Shown here: piece by piece, positions 21,036-31,872 of the stretch
Numbering within the stretch: position 1 is the first letter of the stretch
How the letters are laid out: every line of letters starts with the position of its first letter
Source of the DNA: an uncultured Nitrososphaerota archaeon
Lineage (GTDB): Archaea; Thermoproteota; Nitrososphaeria; Nitrososphaerales; Gagatemarchaeaceae
DNA: 64,000 nucleotides
NCBI GenBank assembly: GCA_963718895.1
Contig: CAVRAG010000007.1
Coordinates: 768,001-832,000 of the forward strand
Direction of reading: 5' to 3'
The notes under the pieces: generated by a model
The model's input: the letters and a program-made list of their open reading frames with translations, nothing else
Told to the model about the DNA's origin: nothing
Databases searched by the model: none
Translations under genes and position numbers: made by a program

Positions 21036-21361
21036 TGGAATAGGAAAGAATGCGCTTCGCATGAAGGGCAAGCGTGAGGGGGTCGTCTGGAGTCAGAGGA
21101 AGAGGCCAAGAGAAGAGCGATAGAGGAGACGCTGGAGACTCAAAAGGCGCTCATGAAGAAGCTCTCCAAGCTGTGAGCCCCCGGTCATCCCGAACACGAC
21201 TTTCTTGCCGCATCGGACCGTTCCTTGATGGCCGTTGCGGCCGTCGAAGCGCGATAGCCTTTCCGCGGAGCCACAGACGCCCTCAGAGTTCAGCGAGAAA
21301 CAGTAGTGATCTGGAAACTCGTTGGTGCGGATCGATTCACCACGTCGGTACCGCCCACCGC

Positions 21362-22248
21362 TTAGGGACTACTTGCGGCTAACCAACGATGAACGTCGGG
21401 GATTCGCCCAACGAAGAGGTTAGGTGCCCTTCGTTCTTCTCCAGGTGGGCCTCGGCCCGAGGGATGCGGGAAGCGAACCACTCTCCGTGTGAGAAGGGCA
21501 CGAACTTGTCGTGCTCGCCGTGCCAGACTTGAACAGGATCTTGATCGAAGCAGGGTCGAAGCCCCAGGGCTTGGAGATGGCGAGCCCATCGTCACAGAGT
21601 CCCCTTATTCCGGTCCTGTAGGCTTCTTGCATCGTGTCTGCATCCACCCCGCCAATTCATCGGAGGCAAGAGCCACTTTGTCCTCCTCAGACAGCAGGTT
21701 GCGAAGATTTGGGCGAGCTCGAGAGGAGAAGCCTTCAAGATTGAGTCAGCGTCCCGACGGCTCTTCAGTTCCCATTCGGCCTCATTGTCCAGCATCAGCT
21801 TGAAATCCTCGACGTTGAACTCGCCCGTCCCAGCGAACCAATCGATGCCCTCGGCAGGATATGGCGCGCACCCCCTAGGCTTGCGGCGGCTACGACTCGC
21901 TGGGGGAGGGCTGCGGCGCAGGCCAGGGCGGGAGCTCCTCCGCCCGAGTGACCCCATACCGCGAATCTATCCAGCCCTAGGCTGTCTGCGATAGCCTCTA
22001 CATCGGCGGCATCGTCGGATTATCCTCCGCCCCGGGACAGGAGTCGAGTTTCCTAATCCGGGCTGGTTAAACTTGTAACTGATCACCCGAATGTGGCGAC
22101 GCGCTGCGTCAGCGACGTGTGGAGGATAGAAGAGCCTTGAACATGGGGTACCGTACAGGGCGAAGATGGGCAGTCCGCTTGGATCCCCCGCTTCAGAGAT
22201 TTCCAGCATACGGCCAGAAGACAGGTGGACGGCAAACTCCTTGGCCAT
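21362..22248 (-). CDS. Alpha/beta-fold hydrolase (frameshifted)
   Basis: GDPSGLPIFALYGTPCSRL, WGHSGG nucleophile elbow, APYPAEGIDWFAG, KPWGFDPASI across several frames. Confidence 0.8.
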
Positions 22249-23097
22249 GCAACGAATCGAGATACGAAGGCAATACATGAACCTTCCCGGCGTGTAGTGA
22301 TTAGGGCTTCTCTTCCGTCGAGACAAGCGACTGGATGTCTGTGATCAGGAGTGACACTCTGAGAACAAAGACAGTCCAGGAAGCAAACACGGGAAACCAG
22401 TACACTACAAGTGAAGCGGCGGTGGCGGCGCCGCTCGAGTTCTTCCATCGACAGGGAGTAGCCAGAGTCAGGCTGCTTGACTATGTGCCGCTTCGGCCGC
22501 ACAGGTCCCTCCTTAGCTCAATTACGCTCTCGAGCAGGAGAATTTCCTCAGGGAGAGTCTCGGGAGACCTGTCCGAGGCAGCGACGACCCGGCGGAGCAT
22601 TACAGGCTCCAGCTCGGCGAGAAGCGAGCAGACTGCGGAGCGATCGTCGGACTCTGTCACGGGCTCTTACCGTGAGTCGCGGCCCCTCTCCTTCGGGTTA
22701 TCCAGCTGTCGACAATCCCGTTGAGCCACTCCTCCCGTTCTTTCTTCGGTGAGGCCAGCTTCTCCCTTAGGTGCGCCAGGGCCCGCTCGTACTCCTGAGG
22801 CGTCATGGTCATGTCCCAGCACCTTGTCCAGCGATTTAAGCGCATAGGACGTCGTTTCGAGCCATTCCCGGAAGCGGGTTGGAGTTCATCAACAAGGAGT
22901 GGACGACGTTCCGTCACGGGTCGCTCAAAGAGGGAGAGCTTGATGCCTCCAGCTCGGTCCAATCGCCGTGAGGGGGTAGGTCGTGAATCGGGTTTAGCCT
23001 AGGGCAGAATCAGGCGGCCATTTCCGTCCGTCTCCAGCCAATGTTCACCACCCCCTGAATCGCGGCTCCGAGTCGGCTCGCGCACCGTGGATGCAGG

Positions 23098-24078
23098 TCA
23101 GGTGCCGGTGTCTCCGCCGTAGAGTCTCTTGAAGACACGGGAAATCGCGAAGGAGACCCAGAGCAGGGAGTCCTTGTCCCTCCCCCTGACGATCCTGAGC
23201 GCCCAGAGCCCGTCGGCCCCCTCGCGCGCCTTCAGCCAGTGCAGCGACTCCTGCAACTCGGGCTCGCCCCGGTCCGTTCCCATATCGAGAGCGTGTCCAG
23301 GGCCGAGACCAAATCGGTGAACCAAAAGGGAAAGGAGAACTCGGTCCAGTAGGAAGGGTCTCCCCTGTCCGGATATGCGTCCCTCGCGAGAAGCCTGGAG
23401 GAGAGGCTCCGCGCCGCCCGTCGAGCGACCTGCGACCTCCTGTATCTGGGGTGCGACGCGAACGCCCTCAGACCATCCGGTAATCAGGTGGAGGACGGCT
23501 TGGCACGATCGGGTTCGACCAACCCTTCCCTCATCGAGATCACGTCGAGCTTCAGGCCTCTCGTCCGCAGCGGGAGGGCCCAACCCCCATCGTCCTGCCG
23601 CATTGAGGCGAGCCACTCGAAGCCCTTCCCTATCCTGTCGTCTTTCTGGTATCCCGCCTTAATCATCAGCTCCATCATGGCCGCGGTGTAGTACGGCGCG
23701 TACTGCTGCCCCAGGATGCCCCTGATGTCGCCGTCTCCTGTCTGGTGGGAGAGCAGGAACTCGCACGCCCGCTGTATCGGAGGCTTTCTCGGGTGAACCC
23801 GTACTTCTCGATGAGCTCGCCCAGGTTGCGGAAGGTCTCTATCTGGTCATAGTTCTCCTGGGTTCGGATCCCGGATTGCCGCCCCGGTAGCTCCACCCCC
23901 CGTCGGGCCTCTGCCTTCTGAGCAGCGCCAGGGCCGGAGGTCGGTCCCACAGCGAGCGCAGGTCCTGTTCCTCATCGAGCGGTTGCTTCCTGGCGTTGAG
24001 GGCGACCGCCGGGTTGTGCGAGGAGACCAAGGGAGCCAGGGGGTCGTAGTTGAGCGCAGTCGTCCACTCACGCCCCAA
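23098..24078 (-). CDS. Prenyltransferase/squalene-cyclase repeat-like (alpha/alpha toroid) protein (frameshifted)
   Basis: Repeated QW-like motifs LLRRQRPDGGW, WLASMRQDDGGW, WLKAREGADGLW. Confidence 0.7.
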
Positions 24079-24272
24079 TCGATTCCTGCCCCCGCGGGCG
24101 TGACCCTGAGCAGGATAAAGGATTGATTGACCGCTCGAGTGCTGGGCTGAAAAGAGAGAGGAGGTCCGGCGCGGTGTCAGAGCGCGGTCTCTTGGCGAAC
24201 CGGGCGGTCGAACCGGCCGCGCTGCCGGTTTTTGAAAGAGCGGGGGAGCGAAGTAGGAAATGGTACCTCTCC

Positions 24273-24644
24273 TCAGACGAATGTGACGCCCTTCAGGCAT
24301 TTGAGGTCTTTGTCGCTCGTATAGAGTTCTGCGTCGTGATGCTGGGCGGTCGCGTAAATCAGGGAGTCGGCCATGTGAAGGCCGTGCTCAAGGCTGTGGT
24401 CAGCGGCTTCGAGGGACAGCGTCTGGTCGATGTCGACGATCTTGGTCTGGCTCAGTGCGGCGACCGCTTCAAGGGCCGTCTCCTCGTCCTTGGCTTTTTT
24501 CACTTTCCTGTAGACCTCGTACAGGGTGACGACGGAGGTGATTATCTCCGACGGCTCCGTCCCATCGATGACCCGATTGAATTGCGGAGCCCTGGGACCG
24601 TCTGTGAAGCGCTCTATCCAGCCGTAGCTGTCCACGCTAATCAA
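24273..24644 (-). CDS. vapC: VapC PIN-domain toxin
   Basis: VDSYGWIE, TLYEV, LHMADSLIYATA, TSDKD. Confidence 0.92.
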   Translation of the reverse strand: MISVDSYGWIERFTDGPRAPQFNRVIDGTEPSEIITSVVTLYEVYRKVKKAKDEETALEAVAALSQTKIVDIDQTLSLEAADHSLEHGLHMADSLIYATAQHHDAELYTSDKDLKCLKGVTFV

Positions 24645-24849
24645 TTTCGGTCTGACTCGTCGCGAAGGTCGGTCGTGTCAAGCCCCTTGACCATGCCCTT
24701 CGTGTCTCATCGAGCGGACAGGTACGTACTGCAGGATTCCCGATGCTGGTGATCGCGACGATCATGTCCCCTGGTCGAATCTTCGCCTCTGCCCGCAGCC
24801 TTTCGGGAATCACGACCTGATACTTCTTGGACACTTTGACCGTCTCCAT
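24637..24849 (-). CDS. AbrB/MazE-type antitoxin
   Basis: VKVSKKYQVVIPERLRAEAKIRPGD; overlaps the vapC start; C-terminus looks frameshifted. Confidence 0.85.
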   Translation of the reverse strand: METVKVSKKYQVVIPERLRAEAKIRPGDMIVAITSIGNPAVRTCPLDETRRAWSRGLTRPTFATSQTEID

Positions 24850-25039
24850 CGTTAGTCGCTTCGTATTACGATATACCTATCGATAAAAAGGCTTCCTCTC
24901 CTTCTCCAGTGGTCTATGGTCCGCGCCCGGAGACGTCGACGCCTTCCGACCTCATCGAGAAGGAACAGCCAGGACCCGCTTTTCGATTCCTGTCGGGTCC
25001 GCTCAGAGGCTGGGGAGAGGCTCCCAGGGCGGGCATCCT

Positions 25040-25435
25040 TCATGTTCCCAACAGAGGCTTGAAACTTGTGCCCCACCCCTCAAGGCTCAGCCCGACAGCT
25101 CGAAATGGCCTCTCCGAGAAATCAATCTGGAGACCCACCACGAAGGGGAGCATGACCCTGAGCTGAAACACGAACAGCTGATTCGCGAGCGTCATGGCGA
25201 TCAGCCTCTGTATCTCATGAATCTTTTCCCTTATCCAATCGTCGCAAAAACCGGCGAGATTCCCCAGGTGCTGCGACAGTTCGAGCATGAGTTCCTGGGT
25301 CGTATTCCTGTGGGCTGCTTGGAGGTTTAGGAGCGGAAGAAGCTTCTTGGCGATCGCTGTCAGTTTCTCACGCTCGCCTAGCACGACCTCAATGTCATAT
25401 CGTCGCCGTTCCTCTTCCGACGCTTTCGGTCTCAA
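25040..25435 (-). CDS. Hypothetical protein
   Basis: 131 aa ORF with helical-looking composition and no recognised motif. Confidence 0.4.
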   Translation of the reverse strand: MRPKASEEERRRYDIEVVLGEREKLTAIAKKLLPLLNLQAAHRNTTQELMLELSQHLGNLAGFCDDWIREKIHEIQRLIAMTLANQLFVFQLRVMLPFVVGLQIDFSERPFRAVGLSLEGWGTSFKPLLGT

Positions 25436-25630
25436 GTTCTCGGTTTTCGGGAGTTGGAGGAGGAGATAAGGATGCTAACCCGCCTGAGAAGGACCCCTCT
25501 GAGGAGGAGAAGGCTCCGCCAGAGGCGGCGCTCCCGGCGGTCAGGTTAACGGCGGGACCATCTAGCGCGCGCCGCGGGAGCGGCTTGCGAAGGGGAGGAC
25601 ATCGAGAAGTGCTCCTCGATTCGTTGTGAC

Positions 25631-26428
25631 TCACCTGTTACGTTCGCTTCGCATGAACAGGTAGGTACCTAGAATCAGGAGCCCTGTCGCGAGGGCTAGG
25701 CTGATTATCAGGTCGATAGCCGGGTTGTACAAGACCACCTGACCATAGGCGGGCGTGCCTTGGTAGAAGACGCCCCGCAGCAGGTCCACAAGATAGGTGG
25801 CTGGCATCAAATGAACGAGGACGCCCAGCACGCCTGTCGAGTCCTTCACAGGGATGAGGGCTCCCGAGAGGAACATCTGGGGGAACATGACCATGATCGT
25901 TGCACGGTCTACCCCCTTGGGGCTGGAGCCGAAGATCCCGCTCAGTAGGACACCCAGGGCGCCGCCCAACAGGAACACGACCGGAACGACGAGCAGCATG
26001 CGTCCGATGCCCCCCAAACTGAGCGGTATGCCCATGGCGAATGCCACCACGAGAAGGGCGACTAGCGAGACCACGCCCGCGAAGCTGCCGCCGATTATCT
26101 TCCCGATCGGATCGAGTACCTCGACACGGGCGAGACGAAGATCTCCTGGGTGAATCCGCTCTCGCTCTTCGATGAGAGAGGTCACACCCATCATCGTGAA
26201 CTGGACGAGCAGGTTGGCGACCATCCCCAGCAGCGCGAACTGCATGTAGTCGTACCCCAGTCCGGCGCCAAGGTTCTGCCCGATCGTGCCTCCCAGTATC
26301 CCCAGGAACGCGATCGGAAAGAAGAAGCTGAATAGGAGGCTGGTCTTCCAATCTCGGACGTAGCGCAGCACGTCCCGGGCGGCGATGGTCACCGACGCGT
26401 TGAGCTCTCTCTGAATCGGCACCTTCAC
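25631..26428 (-). CDS. ABC-2 type exporter permease
   Basis: Six TM segments; FPQMFLSGALIP, MPATYLVDLLR. Confidence 0.9.
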   Translation of the reverse strand: MKVPIQRELNASVTIAARDVLRYVRDWKTSLLFSFFFPIAFLGILGGTIGQNLGAGLGYDYMQFALLGMVANLLVQFTMMGVTSLIEERERIHPGDLRLARVEVLDPIGKIIGGSFAGVVSLVALLVVAFAMGIPLSLGGIGRMLLVVPVVFLLGGALGVLLSGIFGSSPKGVDRATIMVMFPQMFLSGALIPVKDSTGVLGVLVHLMPATYLVDLLRGVFYQGTPAYGQVVLYNPAIDLIISLALATGLLILGTYLFMRSERNR

Positions 26429-27362
26429 GCCGCCTCCTCCTCCTCTTGCCCGTTGCTGACCAGGTCGATGTAGGCCTCCTCGAGCGTGGGCTCGTGAAGG
26501 CGCATGAACGACAGCGGGGTCTTAATCCGCGAAAGGATGTTCTGCGGCGTGCTCTCGCTGAAGCGGACCCTAAGGCGTCCGTCCTCCGTCGACTCTGGTC
26601 CAAAACCAGCGAGCTCGGCCCTCAGGGAGTCGCGATCCTCGGCATCGAGCAGCAGGTAGTTGCCGACCATCAGGTTCTTCATCGCCTCGGGTGAGCCCAG
26701 GAACAGCATCTTCCCGCGGTTGACGATGCATATCCGGTCAGCGCTCTCCGCCTCTTCGATGTAGTGGGTGGTCAGGAAGATCGTCGTCTTCTTCTCCCTG
26801 TGGACCTTCTGCAGATAGTCCCACAGGGAGGCCCGGCTGACGGCGTCGAGCCCCGTGGTCGGCTCGTCCAAGAAGAGTATCTTCGGGTCGTGCATGAGGC
26901 TGCGGATGATCTCCAGCTTCCGCTTCATTCCCCCCGAGAAGGTCTTGACCTGCTCGAAGATCTCCTCAGTGATTCCCACTACCTCCGCAAGCTCCATCAA
27001 CCTATCTCGGTAGTTCTCGGCATCAGGCCATAGGTTGGCTTGTAGCCATAGACTCCGTAAAGGCAGACATGAAACCGGACGTTCTCCTCTGCGGTCAGAT
27101 TAAGGTCGAGGCTCGGGTTCTGGAAGATGATGCCGATGCTCTGGCGGACGTCCTTGGGTTGTCTGTCCAGATCATAGCCACCGATGCTTACCGTGCCGCT
27201 CGTCATCGCCAGCGTCGTGGTCAGGATGGAAATGGTCGTGGTCTTTCCGGCACCGTTCGGCCCGAGAAGGGCGAAGAACTCGCCAGGATAGACGTCGAAA
27301 CTTAGGCCGTCCACCGCGGCGGCCTCGGAATGGCGGTAGCTCTTGACCAGGTTCTCTACATG
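26425..27362 (-). CDS. ABC exporter ATP-binding subunit, DrrA-like (one frameshift near 27000)
   Basis: GPNGAGKTT, FSGGMKRKL, LFLDEPTTGLD, LTTHYIEEAE, PTLEEAYI; start uncertain. Confidence 0.92.
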
Positions 27363-27404
27363 AATCACCGTCTTATGATCTTGTTCGCCACGCTTCAACA
27401 CCGT

Positions 27405-27432
27405 ACTTAACATAGTTAAGTGCACTTAACTA
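27405..27432. promoter_or_regulatory. Probable TetR operator
   Basis: ACTTAAC-ATA-GTTAAGT (27405..27421) overlapping the perfect 20-bp palindrome TAGTTAAGTGCACTTAACTA (27413..27432) between divergent genes. Confidence 0.7.
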
Positions 27433-27487
27433 CACTAAATAAACTTATCTCCGTTTAGCGTATATACAGAGTCGACGTCTCGATACA

Positions 27488-28179
27488 GTGATGAGAGTTC
27501 GAGTAGCCAGGGCGCCGCACATTGAACCTGAAGCGGTCATCAAGGCGGCCTTGGAGGATCCTCGATGCAGAAGGCCTCGAGCACGTCACACTGCGACGGA
27601 TAGCGTCGAAGTTCGGAGTCCAAGCTCCGGCGCTGTACTGGCACTTCAAGGACAAGCAGGACATCATCGATGACATGGCACAGGCGATCCTGGTGGAGGG
27701 CGGGTTGGAGGACATTGAACGTCCGGCCGTCGCTAGGGCTTGGGCCGACTGGCTGGTCGAGACAGCCCACATCGTGCGCAAGGCCGTGCTTTCTCACAGG
27801 GACGGCGCCCGTGTCGTGTCAGGCGCCTCTCCCTTTCGCGGCGGAGATCCTGGCGAAGGCGGCGACTCTTACAATGCAGATCCTGAACGACGCCGGTTTC
27901 GACATCCTCCACGCAGCCCTTGCTACGGTGACCACCTTCGACTACGTTTGGGGGTACGTCACCGCAGAGCAGACCGGCGAAGGGCCGGAGTCTGAACCCG
28001 CGTCTCAACGAGGATCAAGGGGTCCGTCCCCCTTCGGGTCGGGCATGATGGACGCATTCATGACAGAGATCGACATCCTCAGCTCGACAGAGAAGTTCGA
28101 TTGGGGACTGCGAGTGATCGTAAGCGGCTTGGAGTCCGCGCTCGTCGACTCGACGAACGGCACGAGGACCAAGCCTTGA
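27488..28179 (+). CDS. TetR-family regulator with TetR_C-like domain (frameshifted)
   Basis: GLEHVTLRRIASKFGVQAPALYWHFKDK; FDWGLRVIVSGL. Confidence 0.9.
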
Positions 28180-28386
28180 GTCCTCACGGGTCGCCTCCAA
28201 GGAGCAACCCGCACCCCCGGCGCTTGAAGACTCGAAGGATATCCTCTCAGATCACGGATGGTACGATTCAAGTTCAGGAAGATATTTTGGACGATTCCCG
28301 TCGCTCCGGGCACTCTTGCTTCGGTCCTCGTCGTTGAGACTTGTATGGTGACCGCTGAAACTTGAGGTAACAGCCTTGTCGTATAC

Positions 28387-29502
28387 TCAGAGGCGCGTGA
28401 AGCTCTCCACGGTCTTCACATCGAGCCTCTTTAGCAGTGCGACGACGAGCCTTACTGCAGCGTCGATGTCCGAGAGGTCGGCGACAGCGGAGTGGGAATG
28501 AATGTGCCTCGTCGGCACGCCCAGGACGATTGAAGGACACCCAGCCTCATTCACATGGAATCTGCCCGCATCGGTCCCACCCTTGACAGTTGAAAGCTGG
28601 TGAGGTATGCGTTCCTTCTCCGCAGTCTCGATCACGAACGATTTGAGGCCCTGGTTTGGTATCATCGACGTGTCGAACGTAAGGATGCTCGCACCCTCCC
28701 CCATCCTTGCTGGAGCATCCTGTGGTCTGATGCCGGGCACATCTCCTGCTATATCGACCTCCAGCGCGAACGCAACGTCGGGGCGGACCAGATTCGCGAC
28801 GGTCTGTGCCCCCCTGAGACCCACCTCCTCCTGCACCGTCCCGGCGACGAACACGGTGTTGGGGTGCTGCACCTTGCCAACCTTCAGCCGCTTGAGAACC
28901 TCCAGTCCTACGAAAGTCCCAATCCGGTCATCGAATGCCTTCCCCATCACGACGGTGCTGCGTCCCAACCTGATGAACTCGGAGAGCGGCGCGACGGGGT
29001 CGCCGATGCGTACGCCGAACCCCTTCTCAGCCTCTTCCTTACTGGTGGCGCCGATGTCGATGAACATCGAATCCAGCTTGACGACCTTGTCCCTCTCCTC
29101 GGCGCCCAATAGGTGCGGCGGTTTGGACGCGATGATCCCTGTCACGTCTCCCTTCCTCGTCCTCACTGTCACCCGGTGACCCAGCAGCACCTGGTCAAAC
29201 CATCCTCCTAGAGGGCTGAAGGTCAGGTATCCGGATTCCTTCTCTATCCCGTTTACGACAAAGCCGACCTCATCCATGTGCCCAGCCAGCAGGACTCTGG
29301 GCGAATCGCTCTTGCCCCGCTTCTTGAAAATCACGGAACCGAGCTTGTCGAAGGAGACTTCGTCGCTGTACTTCTCACCGGCTTCCTTGACGATGCATGC
29401 GGTCGCGCGCTCGAACCCGGACGGACCGAAAGATTCGGAGAGATTCTTGAGGAGGGCAACGGAATCGGCGTCGACTGCCACACGCTCGCGTGCTCGCTCC
29501 AT
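28387..29502 (-). CDS. M42 family (TET) aminopeptidase
   Basis: AGHMDEVG, GKAFDDRIG, QEEVGLRGA, GGTDAG, RHIHSH. Confidence 0.95.
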   Translation of the reverse strand: MERARERVAVDADSVALLKNLSESFGPSGFERATACIVKEAGEKYSDEVSFDKLGSVIFKKRGKSDSPRVLLAGHMDEVGFVVNGIEKESGYLTFSPLGGWFDQVLLGHRVTVRTRKGDVTGIIASKPPHLLGAEERDKVVKLDSMFIDIGATSKEEAEKGFGVRIGDPVAPLSEFIRLGRSTVVMGKAFDDRIGTFVGLEVLKRLKVGKVQHPNTVFVAGTVQEEVGLRGAQTVANLVRPDVAFALEVDIAGDVPGIRPQDAPARMGEGASILTFDTSMIPNQGLKSFVIETAEKERIPHQLSTVKGGTDAGRFHVNEAGCPSIVLGVPTRHIHSHSAVADLSDIDAAVRLVVALLKRLDVKTVESFTRL

Positions 29503-29667
29503 CGATATATCTGCATCGTCAGGACGAGACCGGGGCGGCGTCTTGCGCAGAGGTCGATGTTGCCGTCATGGCTAGAGTCATCGTGAGCGCTTTTGCCCGG
29601 ACCTGTGACCTACGGCCTCGGCCTGGGACAACGTTTACAGACCAAGGGACGCGAAGGTGGGGCTACG

Positions 29668-30708
29668 ATGAGGCTGATGAGAGCCGCCAGGCTGCACACC
29701 ACCGGGAGGGACTTGAGCGTAGACTCGGTGCCCGTTCCACAGTTCGGAGCCGATGATGTCCTGTTGAAGGTGGAGGCGGCGGGCATATGCCACTCGGACG
29801 TCAATTACCGAGAAGGCATCGCTCCGGTTGCCAAACTGCCCATCACCCTCGGCCACGAGTTCGCCGGGACGGTAGTCGGGAAGGGTGCGGCGGTGGTCGA
29901 CGTCGAGATTGGCGACCGCGCCTGCGTGCACTACGTGATTGGCTGCGGAAAGTGCGGATTCTGCGCATCCGGCCGGGAGACCTACTGCGATCAGTATCGG
30001 ATGATCGGGAAGGATGTCGACGGTGGCTTTGCGGAGTTCGCCTCCGTGCCCTCCCGAAACGTCTTGAAGGTCCCTCGTACCGTCCCCGTCGACGAGGCTG
30101 CGATACTCGGCTGTGCCGTCTCGACCGCCTACCATGCCCTCCGAAGAGGGAGGGCGAGGGAAGGCGAGACTGTCCTTGTCAACGGTTTGGGAGGTCTCGG
30201 GCTTCACGCGGTCCAGATCGCATCCAGGGTCTTCAGGGCGAAGCAGATCATCGCCGTGGACGTCTCGGATGCCAAGCTGCAGCTTGCAAAGAAGTTCGGG
30301 GCGGACTCGTTGGTCAACGCGAGCGAGGAAGGGGCAGCGGAGCGGATCCTCGAGCTTACCGACCGCAGGTTCGCCGACCTAGCGCTCGACTTTGTCGGTA
30401 GGAGGGGCACCGTCGAGAACCTCCTCCGCTGGATCGGCAAGGGAGGGAGGCTGGTCGTCGTCGGGATAAGCGCAGACAGCGTGACACTCTCCCCGTACAC
30501 CGGGCTCATCGGCAGGGAGGTCGAGCTCATCGGAGTCAACGACCATCTGAGGTCCGAACTCTCCGAGTTAATCCGGCTCGTCGAATCAGGGACACTGGAC
30601 CTCTCGCACTCGATAACTCACAGGGTCGGGCTCGAAGACGTCAATCAGGGGATGCGGGTGCTCCGGGAACAGACGGGAAACCCGATTCGAATAGCCGTGA
30701 CGATGTAG
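29668..30708 (+). CDS. Zinc-dependent alcohol dehydrogenase (MDR)
   Basis: GICHSD, LGHEFAG, CGKCGFC..C, GLGGLG; probable ATG 29668. Confidence 0.95.
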   Translation: MRLMRAARLHTTGRDLSVDSVPVPQFGADDVLLKVEAAGICHSDVNYREGIAPVAKLPITLGHEFAGTVVGKGAAVVDVEIGDRACVHYVIGCGKCGFCASGRETYCDQYRMIGKDVDGGFAEFASVPSRNVLKVPRTVPVDEAAILGCAVSTAYHALRRGRAREGETVLVNGLGGLGLHAVQIASRVFRAKQIIAVDVSDAKLQLAKKFGADSLVNASEEGAAERILELTDRRFADLALDFVGRRGTVENLLRWIGKGGRLVVVGISADSVTLSPYTGLIGREVELIGVNDHLRSELSELIRLVESGTLDLSHSITHRVGLEDVNQGMRVLREQTGNPIRIAVTM

Positions 30709-30806
30709 CGCCGCTTACCCTCGGCCACCTCTTCCTGCAAAGAGTAAACTAGAGGAGCCGGAGAGACCTCGGACTGCCAATCTTGCGCGGCCCAAAGTCC
30801 GATGGG

Positions 30807-31424
30807 ATGATAGTGGTCTTCGACGTAGAGGGTGTGCTCGTCGACGGCGAGTTCCTCCCCGAGCTCGCCGAGCTGGTAGGCAAGAAGAGGGAGGTCGAGG
30901 CGCTCACCATGAAGGGCATCAGGGGCGAGATAAGCTGGGAGAAGGGCCTCGCGAAGAGAATCGACCTGGTCAGGGGCGTGAGCTACTCGCAGTGCATGCG
31001 TGTCGCTAACTCGCTCCCGATGATGAGAGGGGCCGTGGAGGCCACGGAGGCTCTCCGGGAGATGGGGTGCCTGATGGTCGGCATCAGCGGAGGCTTCTCC
31101 CTGCTCACAAACAGGGTGAAGAGTGAGCTGGGTCTCGACCACGCTTTCTCGAACGAACTCGTGTTTCACGACCGGAAGCTCGTCGGCTACGGGCTACTTG
31201 TGAACGTTAACAAGGGTCAGATCCTACGGACCGCTTTCGGCGACAGGTTCAAGGGGATGAGGAAGATGGCGGTCGTCGACGGGGCCAACGATGTCGACCT
31301 GTTCGACCTCGTGGACGTCAGGGTCGCCTTCAACGCCCAGGAGATAGTGAGGAAGAAGGCTGACGTCCAGGTGGACGTCAAGGACCTCCGCGGGATAATC
31401 GACCTCGTGAAGGCCAGGCAGTAG
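30807..31424 (+). CDS. serB: Phosphoserine phosphatase (HAD IB)
   Basis: FDVEGVLVDGE, TMKGIRGEISW, ISGGF, DGAND. Confidence 0.85.
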   Translation: MIVVFDVEGVLVDGEFLPELAELVGKKREVEALTMKGIRGEISWEKGLAKRIDLVRGVSYSQCMRVANSLPMMRGAVEATEALREMGCLMVGISGGFSLLTNRVKSELGLDHAFSNELVFHDRKLVGYGLLVNVNKGQILRTAFGDRFKGMRKMAVVDGANDVDLFDLVDVRVAFNAQEIVRKKADVQVDVKDLRGIIDLVKARQ

Positions 31425-31872
31425 TCAATCAACCTCCTTCTCTCGACCGTGCCGCCGGACCTTCAGAACCTTGGTTGATTGGAATTCGCGAGCGGAAATC
31501 GTCTATATTCGGAAGCACCCGGAAGGATTCGGGACATTCTGGACGAATACCCCAATATATTTTATAGGACACTTTCATTGGCTGGTTGGGCAACGTCTTC
31601 CACACTAGGATTTCTCGCCCTCTCTCCGGTGTGGGACTTGAGGGCTGCCTTCTGAGCTCGAGAAGCGCTCACCCTCATATTCGACTGATTTCCAACTGTT
31701 CTTTCGAGGCAGACCACTCGTCCCAAGAGAGGCGGGGAGCCGCTCTTCTTCCGGGAGAGCGCGGCTCTCCTCCAGGGGCTAGCTCTTCGAGACCGAACCG
31801 GATCTGCTGAACCACACCCGCATGAGAGTAATCAAGTCCATTTGTCAGCGTGCCCTGCTCACGCCGCGGTCC

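Noticed and set aside
22335-23002. Short ORFs between the two hydrolase-like genes
   Set aside because: 22657..22812 may be real, but no motif or other support is visible
5283-28179. Mass pseudogenisation or programmed frameshifting in dnaK-grpE, the R-M gene, fusA, ABC and TetR
   Set aside because: Indels also break essential EF-2 while codon usage and motifs stay intact, and a single extra base explains the CBS paralog near 49170. Sequencing or consensus error is most likely, though real decay of individual accessory genes cannot be excluded.
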